The position numbers were made by a program, and so were the translations under genes. Below are positions 46,701 through 56,543 of a stretch of 64,000 nt of DNA, in pieces; the first letter of the stretch is position 1, and every line of letters begins with the position of its first letter. The stretch covers positions 1 to 64,000 of the forward strand of contig CAYLMK010000004.1 in NCBI GenBank assembly GCA_964384945.1, given 5' to 3'. The notes under the pieces were generated by a model. That model saw only the letters and a list, made by a program, of their open reading frames with translations, had not been told where the DNA came from and ran no database searches. Origin of the DNA: an uncultured Thermodesulfobacteriota bacterium. GTDB lineage: Bacteria; Desulfobacterota; DSWW01.

Positions 46701-48223
46701 GTCTTGTCCGGGTCGAAGGGTAGACTCACCCCCTGGCCGATGGCCGGGATGATCACGTCGGCCTTGACCGTAAACTCCGAGCCCTGGATCGGGACCGGCC
46801 GCTGGCGGCCGGATGCATCCGCCTCCCCGAGCTTCATGCGCAGCAGTTCGAGGCCCGTCACCTTGCCGTCGGAGGCCACGACCCGTACCGGAGCGACCAG
46901 GAAGTGCATGCGGACCCCCTCGTCGAGGGCGGCCTGGACCTCCTCGTGATGGGCCGGCATTTCGTTGCGGGTCCGCCGGTAGTACAGGCTCACCTCCCGC
47001 GCGCCGAGCCTGAGCGCGCTCCGGGCCGCATCGATGGCCACGTTGCCGCCGCCGATGACGGCCACGCTGCCCTTCATCGGGACCTGCTTGCCCGCATTGA
47101 TGTCCCGAAGGATCTCGACACCCGGCTTGACGCCTTCCGCCTCTTCCCCGGGAATCTTGAGTTTCATCCCTTCCCAGGCCCCGACCCCGATGAAGGCGGC
47201 CTTGAACCCCATCTCGCCCATGAGCGACTCGAACGGAATATCCGTTCCGATCCTCTTGCCGAGCTCGACCTCCACGCCGTGGTCCAGAACGGCCTGGATT
47301 TCCCGGTCCAGGATGTCCCTGGGCAGGCGGTATTCCGGTATTCCGTAACGGAGCATGCCCCCGAGCTTGGGCTGCGCGTCGAAAATCGTTACCGGATATC
47401 CCTTCCGGGCCAGGTTGTAAGCCGCGGTCAGGCCCGCAGGCCCGCCGCCCACGATTGCGACCTTCTCCGCGAAGGCCTTCTCGGGCCTTTCCGCCGGTAT
47501 CGGCTTGCCCTGCTGGATCTCCCTGTCCGCAACGAACCGCTTGAGCTGGCAGATGGCGATCGGCTCTTCCAGCTTGGTGCCCCGCAGGCACTGCTCCTCG
47601 CAGGGCCGCGTGCAGATCCGGCCGATCGTGGCCGGGAAGGGAAGCTTTTCACGGATCAGGGCCAGCGACGCCTCGAATTCCCCGGAGGCGATGAGCCCCA
47701 CATACTCCCGGACGTCGAGCCGGACCGGGCAGGTGAGCTGGCAGGGCGCGTTCTTGCGGTCGATCACGTGCGTATTGGGCACGGCCTGGGGGTAATCGAT
47801 GAAGATCGCCTTCCGCTTGGTCAGGGACTGGTTGTATTCGCTCGCAATCTCCAGGGGGCAGTACTGCTGGCAGAGCCCGCACCCGGTACACTTGCTCGGA
47901 TCGACCCGCCTTGGATGGCGCAGGATCCTGGCCTTGAAATTCCCCGCCTCTCCGTCGAGCCCGAGGAGTTCGGAGAAGGGGATGATTCGGATGTTCTTCT
48001 CCCGGCCTACCTCGACCAGCTTGGGCGACATGATGCACATGGCGCAGTCGTTGGTCGGAAAGGTCTTGTCGAGCTGGCTCATCGTCCCGCCGATGCCCCC
48101 GGCCTTGTCCACCAGATAGACCTTGAAGCCGGCCTCCACGAGATCCAGGGAGCACTGCATGCCTCCGATGCCGGCCCCCACGACCAGGACGGCGCCTACT
48201 TTCCCGTTGTTCCTTGGAGCCAT
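43724..48223 (-). CDS. hdrL: HdrL-type large HdrA-like flavoprotein (HdrA N-domain + GltD-like NAD(P)H-binding insert + two HdrA modules + ferredoxin domains), 1499 aa
   Basis: N-terminal GAVLVVGAGIGGMQCSLDL FAD motif. An inserted ...VAIVGGGPAGLTAAYNL...VAVIGGGNVAIDAAR... glutamate-synthase-small-subunit-like domain. A second ...GLVVGGGLSGMSAAIQL... HdrA module. Multiple CxxCxxCxxxC ferredoxin motifs (four-Cys thioredoxin-like insert). Confidence 0.8.
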   Translation of the reverse strand: MAPRNNGKVGAVLVVGAGIGGMQCSLDLVEAGFKVYLVDKAGGIGGTMSQLDKTFPTNDCAMCIMSPKLVEVGREKNIRIIPFSELLGLDGEAGNFKARILRHPRRVDPSKCTGCGLCQQYCPLEIASEYNQSLTKRKAIFIDYPQAVPNTHVIDRKNAPCQLTCPVRLDVREYVGLIASGEFEASLALIREKLPFPATIGRICTRPCEEQCLRGTKLEEPIAICQLKRFVADREIQQGKPIPAERPEKAFAEKVAIVGGGPAGLTAAYNLARKGYPVTIFDAQPKLGGMLRYGIPEYRLPRDILDREIQAVLDHGVEVELGKRIGTDIPFESLMGEMGFKAAFIGVGAWEGMKLKIPGEEAEGVKPGVEILRDINAGKQVPMKGSVAVIGGGNVAIDAARSALRLGAREVSLYYRRTRNEMPAHHEEVQAALDEGVRMHFLVAPVRVVASDGKVTGLELLRMKLGEADASGRQRPVPIQGSEFTVKADVIIPAIGQGVSLPFDPDKTGVKMTRWRTVKVDPVTGATNVAGVFAGGDAEKGPFIAIDAIAGGARAAESIHRYLRGMDMSEGRGLEERIPVEDARTGFLFKLRQRMPQRALAERIKGFDEVETGFTDAQAVEEAGRCLNCRKCLGCGICEDVCEAKALDYAEKERIEEIEVGSVLLALGFEEYDPSERGEYGYGRYDNVVTSIEFERMLSATGPFSSIPMRPSDGDIPKKIAWIQCVGSRDCDHDYCSSVCCMYATKEAIITKEHLSFVEPTIFYMDVRAHGKGFDGYYERAKNEHGVRYIRSQISRVVEDPKTRNLLLRYVAENGAIQDEEFDMVVLSVGLGPRRETRALAERLNVKLDKHGFCETDPFRPLATSRPGVYVCGAFESPKDIPETVAQASGAAAFAASEIAEARGTLLYKAELPPEKDVEGLEPRVGVFVCHCGVNIGSVVDVPAVKDYAASLPGVVHAQEFLFSCSSDSLVNIREAVEAHDLNRVVVASCSPRTHEPLFRQSIREAGLNPFLFEMANIRDQCSWVHMHHHEEATSKAKELIRMAVAKARLLQPLPTEYKEINKKGLVVGGGLSGMSAAIQLADQGFSVYLVEKEAELGGNLRHLHYTIDGKDVKALYRDMVERVRNHPSIELFTEAELVDHSGSKGTYKTGIVVGPEKQYRSLEHGIVILATGGQEWKPDEYLHGENPRVVTQQAFEEKLVSGQIDPKRLNEVVMIQCVGSRIPERPYCSRICCSSAIKNALKIKEINPNASVNILYRDVRTYGMFEQYYTKARQQGVLFTRYDLDHKPEVVEENGALVVTAWDPTIQRKVKLRPDLLVLSAAIIPRDNDRVANLFKVSRTLDKFYLEAHMKLRPVDFASDGVFMAGLGHGPKPIHESISQAAAAVSRACTVISKDRMQVGGVVAKVEPDKCAVCLICVRACPYNVPYIHEDGYSYIDPSRCQGCGNCVAECPQKAIQLQHYTDRQILEKSGALVSLASGPGTGTAAEDRSEKGEQKNG

Positions 48224-48239
48224 ATGGGTTGCTCTCCTA

Positions 48240-48620
48240 TCAGGAAGCCCTGTAAAAGGGCGTTCGATCTTCGATTCTATCGATCGCGACCAGGTTCTTG
48301 CGGCGGAGTTCCACCACCTCCGGGAGGATCTCCGCCGGGGACTTCCCGAGATCCTCCGCGATCTGCTTGACCGATTTCGCTTCCCCTCGGACCACCTCGA
48401 GGATGCGGCACCGCAAGTATTCGGTGCGGAAGATGGCGTCGTAGCAGATGTTGACCTGCGTCTGTGCGTAAAGTTCGCCGTACACGTTCTTGCCCTTCAG
48501 GAAGGATTCCCTTCCCAGCAGCGTCCGGAGCTTCTCCGCCATGTCCGGCCGCTGCTTCTCGATGAAGGCGAGCATTTGCTCACGGCCGGGTTGCTCGAGT
48601 TCGAACTTGTTCGGTTCCAT
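48240..48620 (-). CDS. Small winged-helix-like protein embedded in the hdr cluster (putative regulator)
   Basis: 126 aa. ...LRCRILEVVRGEAKSVKQIAEDLGKSPAEILPEVVELRRKNLVAI... resembles a wHTH. A strong RBS is present. Function is inferred only. Confidence 0.4.
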   Translation of the reverse strand: MEPNKFELEQPGREQMLAFIEKQRPDMAEKLRTLLGRESFLKGKNVYGELYAQTQVNICYDAIFRTEYLRCRILEVVRGEAKSVKQIAEDLGKSPAEILPEVVELRRKNLVAIDRIEDRTPFYRAS

Positions 48621-48805
48621 CTTTCCTCTTCCCTCTTGGCGTTAGCTGTCAGCTATTGGCTGTTAGCTGTTAGCTCCCCACCCAACTTCCCCAATGCGTG
48701 CCCTTCTCGAAAGGGGAGGGACGCCTGCCAGAAACGCTTAGGGGCCCTCTTCCTTCCCTCTGGGGGATGGGTGCGGGGCCTGACCCCTGACCCCTGATCC
48801 CTGAC

Positions 48806-49684
48806 TCACGCCAGGGCATACCGGCCGAGAAGCTCTCTCGGGTCCACGAAGCGCTTCCGCCAATGTCGGTTGCCCATCTGCGCACCGGCCGCCACCCCGA
48901 TCAGGTCGCTGATGTAGAAGACGGGCATGTGGTACGGAACGGCCTTCTCGCTCCTGAGCTTGTCCTGGTTCACGTCCAGGTTGGTCTGGCACAGAGGGCA
49001 GGTGGCCACGATCGCATCCGCCCCCAGCCGGTAGGCCATCTCGAAGAGCTTCTCGCAGAGACGGACGGACACGGGCGAATCGATCAGGGAGAAGCCGGCT
49101 CCGCAACAATCCGTCTTGTAAGGCCAGTCCAGGGGCTCGGCGCCGACGAGTCGGAGCAATCCTTCCATGGACCGGGGATTCTCACGGTCGTCGAAGCATG
49201 GGACCCCCGGGGTCCTTGTGAGATAGCAGCCGTAATAGCAGACAACCTTCATGCCGCCCAGGTCATGCTTCTTGGCCCTCAGGATCTCGTCCGGGCCCAC
49301 CTCGGTCCACAGGATCTCCAGGATGTTCTTGACCTGCACGGTGCCCATGTAGCGCAAGGGCGCAAGGACCTCGTTCACGTGGGCCGCCACCTCATCGTTC
49401 CTGCGGATCTTCTCGGCCGCGGTCAGCAACCGTGTGTAGCAGGCCGAGCAGGGGACGAGCAGCGTGGTGAGACCCTGCTTCTCGGCCAGGGCCAGGTTGC
49501 GGGCAGGCAGCGCCAGCCCGAGCAGCTCGCTCGTCGAGTGCGCCGAGGAGGCCCCGCAGCAGTTCCAGTCTTCGATCGGGACGAGCCGCGTCCCCAGCCT
49601 GCCAAAGCATGCCTCCAGAGACCTGGCATAGTCGTTCGAGGAGGCGTTCAGGGAACAGCTCTTGTAATATCCTATCCGTTTCAT
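48806..49684 (-). CDS. hdrB: Heterodisulfide reductase subunit B-like (two CCG domains)
   Basis: CCG-domain Cys patterns (...DWNCCGASSAH..., ...KTDCCGAGFS...). The start is at MKRIGYYKSC (ATG 49682-49684). Confidence 0.8.
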   Translation of the reverse strand: MKRIGYYKSCSLNASSNDYARSLEACFGRLGTRLVPIEDWNCCGASSAHSTSELLGLALPARNLALAEKQGLTTLLVPCSACYTRLLTAAEKIRRNDEVAAHVNEVLAPLRYMGTVQVKNILEILWTEVGPDEILRAKKHDLGGMKVVCYYGCYLTRTPGVPCFDDRENPRSMEGLLRLVGAEPLDWPYKTDCCGAGFSLIDSPVSVRLCEKLFEMAYRLGADAIVATCPLCQTNLDVNQDKLRSEKAVPYHMPVFYISDLIGVAAGAQMGNRHWRKRFVDPRELLGRYALA

Positions 49685-50259
49685 TTCTTGCCTCCCCGCT
49701 CCTCGACCCTGCGGCAGATCTCCCGGAACGCCTTTTTGTCCGACACGCTCTCCGGCAGGAGGCCCATGCGGCCCTTGAGAAACATGCGCAGGCCCAGGCC
49801 GGCATTCTGGAACGCCTGGCCCGTCTTGAGCTGGTAACGGGCGAGCAATTCGCCCTCGAAGGTCCTGCCCCGCTTCCTCACGTTGTCCAGGAAATACTTG
49901 TGAAACAGGCCCACATTCTCCACCGCGGGGCGCCTGCCCTTCTTGAGGGCCCGCTCTCTGAGCGAATCGATGACCAGGGCGATGTCGATGTCGTTCGGGC
50001 ATCGAATGCTGCAGGTGTTGCAGGTCAGGCAGACCCAGATCGTCTTGGAGGCGAGCAACTCGTCTTCCTGCCCGAGCTGGATCATCCGCATGATCTGGCT
50101 CGGCGGGTAGTCCATGGCAAAGGTCATGGGACAGCCGGCACTGCACTTGAGGCACTGGTAGCACCGGTACACGTCCTCGCCGTGATCGATCTTGATCTCT
50201 TCGGCCAGGCCGCGTTTCGGTTCGAGAACAGGCCTTTCCTGAGGGGCTTGTTCGTTCAA
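49681..50259 (-). CDS. hdrC: Heterodisulfide reductase subunit C-like (2x[4Fe-4S])
   Basis: CYQCLKCSAGCP and CLTCNTCSIRCP ferredoxin motifs. The proposed start is TTG at 50259, 7 nt after GGAGGG. The track's upstream extension lies in an AT-rich leader and is rejected. Confidence 0.65.
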   Translation of the reverse strand: MNEQAPQERPVLEPKRGLAEEIKIDHGEDVYRCYQCLKCSAGCPMTFAMDYPPSQIMRMIQLGQEDELLASKTIWVCLTCNTCSIRCPNDIDIALVIDSLRERALKKGRRPAVENVGLFHKYFLDNVRKRGRTFEGELLARYQLKTGQAFQNAGLGLRMFLKGRMGLLPESVSDKKAFREICRRVEERGGKK

Positions 50260-50276
50260 GGCTCTACCCTCCTTAC

Positions 50277-50294
50277 TGAATGAATATTCATTCA
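50277..50294. promoter_or_regulatory. Perfect 18-bp palindrome TGAATGAATATTCATTCA in hdrC leader (candidate operator)
   Basis: Self-complementary over all 18 nt, AT-rich, and located 5-20 nt upstream of the hdrC RBS within a 120-nt AT-rich leader. Confidence 0.35.
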
Positions 50295-50397
50295 ACAAAA
50301 ATATAACCGACGAAGGCATGAATGTCAACATTGCCGAACGGGAAACAACAAACAAAAAATCAAGCAAAACAATAGGATAAGCGGTGCAGGGTTCGTT

Positions 50398-51060
50398 CTA
50401 CCCGTGGGGAGGCTCCCCGGCGAGGCCCAGCATATCCTTGCACACATCCACGGCCCGTGCGGCATCGGGCGCATAGCCGTCCGCGCCCGCCGCCTTCGCC
50501 TTTCGCGCGTCCAAGACGGCTCCTCCCACGAGCACCCCGACGCGTTTTCGAAGGCCCCTCTTGTCGAGGGCCAGGATCGTCTTCTCCAGCCAGGGGAGGC
50601 TCGTGGTCAGCAGGGCACTCATGGCCACGACCTGAACCTCGCCCTTCTCTGCCTCGGCCACGAAGGCCTCCGGGTCCACGTCGATGCCGAGATCCTTCAC
50701 CCGAAATCCGGCGCCACGAAGCATCATGGCCACGATGTTCTTGCCGATGTCGTGCTGATCGCTCTTCACGGTGCCGATCACCACCGAGCCGCGGGGCTTC
50801 ACGCCCGCCTCGGCGAGAAGAGGCTCCAGAAGCTCCATGCCCCTGTGGATGGCGTGGGCGGAAAGCATCACCTCGGGCAGGAAGAGAAGCCCGTCCGAAA
50901 AGTCCTTCCCTACCTTGTCCAGGGATGCGATCAGCCCCTGGTTCAGCAGGCGGACCGGGTCGGTTCCGTTCGCAAGAAGGCCCCGGGCGATCTCGACCAC
51001 CTTGCGGTCATCGCCCTCGTAGACGGCCTGGTGCATGAGATCAAAGGCCTGCACGCGCAC
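50398..51060 (-). CDS. Corrinoid (cobalamin)-binding protein of methyltransferase systems (B12-binding_2 + B12-binding domains)
   Basis: DQHDIGKN (DxHxxG), ...AMSALLTTSL (SxL) and ...VLVGGA (GG) B12-binding signature. Confidence 0.75.
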   Translation of the reverse strand: MRVQAFDLMHQAVYEGDDRKVVEIARGLLANGTDPVRLLNQGLIASLDKVGKDFSDGLLFLPEVMLSAHAIHRGMELLEPLLAEAGVKPRGSVVIGTVKSDQHDIGKNIVAMMLRGAGFRVKDLGIDVDPEAFVAEAEKGEVQVVAMSALLTTSLPWLEKTILALDKRGLRKRVGVLVGGAVLDARKAKAAGADGYAPDAARAVDVCKDMLGLAGEPPHG

Positions 51061-51211
51061 ACATCCTCTTCGCAGTCCTTCCGGTCAGCCCCAAGAGGCA
51101 ACTGCCACCAAGTCACGAAATATTGATTTTATAGAATAGGGCGCAGGAAATAAACCGGGTGGGCGGAAATCGCCTCAGGCCAACCTCGGTTCGCGGCCGC
51201 CTTCTCCTTCC

Positions 51212-51907
51212 TCAAGGCAGACGGTAACAGAGCCGGAGTTCCATCCTGCCGACCAAATCTCCCTGGGGGGAATACCGCTCCAGGGTTCCGATCTCGATGA
51301 ACGACCCCGTGATGCCCCGGAAATCGCCGGATCCTCCGACGATCCGCCCCCGTCCGCCCGGCAGAGGCCCCAGGGTGTTCACGTTCGTCCAGCTTCCGGA
51401 CCAGGTATTGCCCGAGATCATGACGGGGAGGGCTACGGTCTTCACGAGCTTCCAGTTGTTCTCCGTCTGGTACAGGTGGATGCTGCCCCTTCCGGGAAGG
51501 ATGAGCGACCAGTACGTGTCGGTCATGATCCGCCCCCGAAGCAGGCTGCTCTGGCGGCTGACGGTCTCAAGTTCCGTGGCGAATCCGATTACGCGGCCGT
51601 CGCCGTCTAGGATCTTGGTGATGATCGCCAGACCGCTCTCGAGGCTGGACTCGCCGAGGAGGGGCATTCCGGCGGGAAAGGGCCTGAACGGGAAGGCGCC
51701 GCCGTGGGTGGCGGCCACGACGCTCTCCGGGATGTCCAGGAAGAAGGAGATCCTCTCCCCCTCGCAGGAGACGCCGAAGTCGGCGAGCACCCGGTCGGTC
51801 CTGAACGTGTGGGGATAGGGGAAAAGGTAAACCGAAAGGGAAACCAGAAGCGCTCCAGAGACCATTCCGGCCAGGCAGAAAAGGGCGACCTTGATCCTGC
51901 TTCCCAT
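51212..51907 (-). CDS. Hypothetical membrane-anchored/secreted protein, paralogue 1
   Basis: N-terminal hydrophobic helix. Shares the ...THGG.FP...P.G...G..RGR...VIGFA.ELE...PGRG.L.L.......G.....GP....G..WTG.W.......G...GGRG...GG...F.G..G.F.E.... pattern with the next gene. Confidence 0.5.
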   Translation of the reverse strand: MGSRIKVALFCLAGMVSGALLVSLSVYLFPYPHTFRTDRVLADFGVSCEGERISFFLDIPESVVAATHGGAFPFRPFPAGMPLLGESSLESGLAIITKILDGDGRVIGFATELETVSRQSSLLRGRIMTDTYWSLILPGRGSIHLYQTENNWKLVKTVALPVMISGNTWSGSWTNVNTLGPLPGGRGRIVGGSGDFRGITGSFIEIGTLERYSPQGDLVGRMELRLCYRLP

Positions 51908-51913
51908 CTTTCA

Positions 51914-52593
51914 TCACTCCCGGTTGAGACGAAGCTCGAGGGCGCCCACGAGCACCCCCTCGGGAAGGAAGCCGGTGAGGCGGACCACTTCTACGAAATT
52001 CCCTTTCGCTCCCTCGAAATCGTGCGTTCCTCCCAGGACGAGCCCCCGGCCGCCCGGCCCAGGCCCGGATGTGGTCTGCACGGTCCAGTCGCCCGTCCAC
52101 GCCCTACCCGAGGCCAGCGCGGGTCCGATCACCTTCGGTCCGAGTTCGCCGGATCGCTCCCGTTCGTGGAGATACAGGGTGCCCCTGCCCGGGATGACGA
52201 CGACCCAGTCGGTGCTCCATTCGAGGTCGTCCTGCAAAACGTTCCCCTCGGGATGCACCTCGAGCTCGGCCGCAAAGCCGATCACATCGCCTCTCCGGTC
52301 TCGCACCTTTGTAAGGATCCCGAGCCCGCCCCGCACCCCCGGCTCTTCCAGCCGCGCGATGCCCTGCGGGAAGAGGCCCAGCGGAAAGCCTCCTCCGTGC
52401 GTGACGGCAACCCCGTCCTTCGTAAGGTCGATGTAGAACGACTCCACGAGTCTTCCGTCCGGGGACCGCGTCACGCCCGGCTCCGCAGCGGGCAAGCCCG
52501 CGGGCGGCAGTTTGGACAGGAGGAAGGCCATGCCGGCAGCACCGGCGACTAGGCCCAGAAGATAGACCTTGGTTCGGATAGAGAACCTCTTCA
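51914..52593 (-). CDS. Hypothetical membrane-anchored/secreted protein, paralogue 2
   Basis: Tandem paralogue of 51212..51907 with 7-nt spacing. Same strand as the downstream amidohydrolase. Confidence 0.5.
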
Positions 52594-52622
52594 TGCCTCC
52601 GTTCCTCCCGGCAGGGAAACCT

Positions 52623-53489
52623 TCAGGGAAGCAGATCCTCCCGCCCGACAAAGCGCAGGGCGTTGCCGCCCATGAGATTGGACCTCTCCTCCTCGGTGAA
52701 CCCGAAGCCCTCCACGCAATCCACCCACCAGCTCTGGGGCTGGACAGGGAAGTCGGTTCCGAACATCGCCTTGCCCGCAAGCTTCAGCTGCTTCACGAGG
52801 CCCAGCGTGTTCAGGATTCCCTCCCGCGTCATCGGCATGGGTGCCGAGGTGTCCGTGTAGACGTTCGCGTGGTTCGCCAGGCACATCATGAGATCGAGGG
52901 CATCCGGGAGAAAGGGGTACTTGCCGAAGTGGCATATCTGGATCTTCAGGTCCGGCAGGTCGTGTGCCAGCTCGTCGATGGGCCCGATGTCGCAGAACTT
53001 GAGCCGGCAACCGGAAAACGGGATCGGCTGGATGTGAAAGGCCACAGGAATGCCCATCTCGATACACGTTTCGTAGATGGGATAGAGCGTCCTGTTGTCG
53101 GGCACGAACTCCATGGCCACGGGATGAAGCTTGAGCCCCCGGAGCCCCATATCGTAAGCGTCCTTCAGCATCGCCAACGCCTCGTTCACGCCTCTTCGGA
53201 CCGGGTTTATACCGGCGTAGCCGCAAATGAACCGATCAGGGTGTCTCCGAATCGTCTCGGCGATGTACTCGTTCGGGATATCGAGGCCCGCTTCCTTCAG
53301 GTCGTATGCCTGCAGGACGGCATACTGGACCCCTGCATTGTCCATCTGTTCCAGAAGCACCTCCGGCGTCGGCATCCCGCAGTCCCAGGCAAGGAGTTCG
53401 CCCACCGCTCTCAGGAACTCGGGAGAAACCATGCTTTCGTCTGCGAACACGTGACAGTGGACATCCACCATCGGCACGGACTTCTTCAT
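52623..53489 (-). CDS. Amidohydrolase-2 family metal-dependent TIM-barrel hydrolase
   Basis: N-terminal VDVHCHV metal-binding HxH. A later ...ICHFGK... and a terminal Asp follow. The start is at MKKSVPMVD. Confidence 0.75.
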   Translation of the reverse strand: MKKSVPMVDVHCHVFADESMVSPEFLRAVGELLAWDCGMPTPEVLLEQMDNAGVQYAVLQAYDLKEAGLDIPNEYIAETIRRHPDRFICGYAGINPVRRGVNEALAMLKDAYDMGLRGLKLHPVAMEFVPDNRTLYPIYETCIEMGIPVAFHIQPIPFSGCRLKFCDIGPIDELAHDLPDLKIQICHFGKYPFLPDALDLMMCLANHANVYTDTSAPMPMTREGILNTLGLVKQLKLAGKAMFGTDFPVQPQSWWVDCVEGFGFTEEERSNLMGGNALRFVGREDLLP

Positions 53490-53535
53490 CACGGGACCTC
53501 TTGTCTTCCTTGGTTGCGGCTGCCAGAGGCGTGAA

Positions 53536-53550
53536 TCAAGAAACGTGCCA
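53536..53550 (-). promoter_or_regulatory. Candidate sigma-54 promoter (TGGCAC-gtttc-TTGA) upstream of the amidohydrolase operon
   Basis: The minus-strand sequence TGGCACGTTTCTTGAT places the -24 GG and the -12 element at 10-nt spacing with one mismatch (A for C). It sits ~50 nt upstream of ATG 53489 and next to a divergent sigma-54 activator. Confidence 0.4.
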
Positions 53551-53711
53551 AGGTCCGGCCAGGCCCGGGGCAAGGCCCAAGGGGCAAGAAAATGATTCAC
53601 AATCGCCCGAAGGTCCTTTGGATTCGTGCAGGGACGGGCCGAATAGGACCCGCTTTATTTGACGGTAATGCGAAATATCGAGGAGGCTTGCCGCCGAAGG
53701 GCCTGCATGGT

Positions 53712-55871
<2,160 letters not shown>

Positions 55872-56045
55872 CGCCGGGCCGTCCGTCCGGTCGGGCCTGT
55901 CTCCGGCCTTTCTGCGATATTTCGCGTTCCCGTAAAATGTCGAGGACGGGGCGCCCCCGACCCACGTGCCCTCCGGTCCCTCCTCACGGGTGATTCGCTA
56001 TTCAAAACAAAGGTTTGACAACACCTCCGGCAGCTTTACGCGCCT

Positions 56046-56060
56046 TGGCACGATGTTTGA
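56046..56060 (+). promoter_or_regulatory. Candidate sigma-54 promoter (TGGCAC-gatgt-TTGA) upstream of the ABM/DUF1302/DUF1329 genes
   Basis: TTGGCACGATGTTTGAG has a perfect -24 and the same -12 variant as the other candidate. It lies ~100 nt upstream of GTG 56162. Confidence 0.4.
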
Positions 56061-56161
56061 GAAAGATTTCTATGATCTGAGGGGAGACGCATGCTCGGAA
56101 GTGAAATCAAGAGACCGGCAGGTTCGCTTCCCCACCTCCTGTCCAAAAGGGGCCGGTTGCC

Positions 56162-56485
56162 GTGGTCGTGACCACGATAAGCTTAGAAGCCCTTCCCGGC
56201 AAACACAAAGAACTCGCACAGACTCTGAGCGCCCTGATGGGCCCCACCCGTACAAGCCAGGGATGTCTGGACTGCCGACTGTACGAGGACACGGAAACCC
56301 GGCGGACCGTGTGCATGGTTACGGAGTGGAGATCCGAGGCGGATTTTGAGAGGTACCGGGCATCCGACACGGGCGGGGTTCTCCTGGGCGCCGTCCAGGC
56401 GCTCTGCGAGGGGGCACACCTGACCCTGAGCAGAATCTCGTCGAGAGAGAAGGCGGAGATCAGCACGTCCGGAAGCCGCCCGTGA
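56162..56485 (+). CDS. ABM-domain (antibiotic-biosynthesis-monooxygenase/Dabb-like) small protein
   Basis: 107 aa with a ferredoxin-like beta-alpha-beta pattern. GTG start. Confidence 0.5.
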   Translation: MVVTTISLEALPGKHKELAQTLSALMGPTRTSQGCLDCRLYEDTETRRTVCMVTEWRSEADFERYRASDTGGVLLGAVQALCEGAHLTLSRISSREKAEISTSGSRP

Positions 56486-56543
56486 GGGGAGGTCCCCGGA
56501 AGTCCTGTTTCTTGCGGTGCAGAAGCCAGCGGGGGGGGAAGTA

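Noticed and set aside
48641-48675. Possible CRISPR-like repeats (GTTAGCTGT iterations)
   Set aside because: The units are only 9-11 bp with 1-9 bp of variable sequence between them. There are no cas genes. They fit transcription-factor direct repeats better than a CRISPR array.
50277-50294. Rex or Fur operator identity for the hdrC palindrome
   Set aside because: The sequence does not fit the TTGTGAA-N6-TTCACAA Rex consensus or the 19-bp Fur box. It is kept only as a generic operator candidate.
50260-50367. N-terminal extension of hdrC (track ORF starts at 50367)
   Set aside because: The extension lies in a ~30% GC leader and has no Fe-S motifs. TTG 50259 with a GGAGGG RBS gives a standard-length HdrC.
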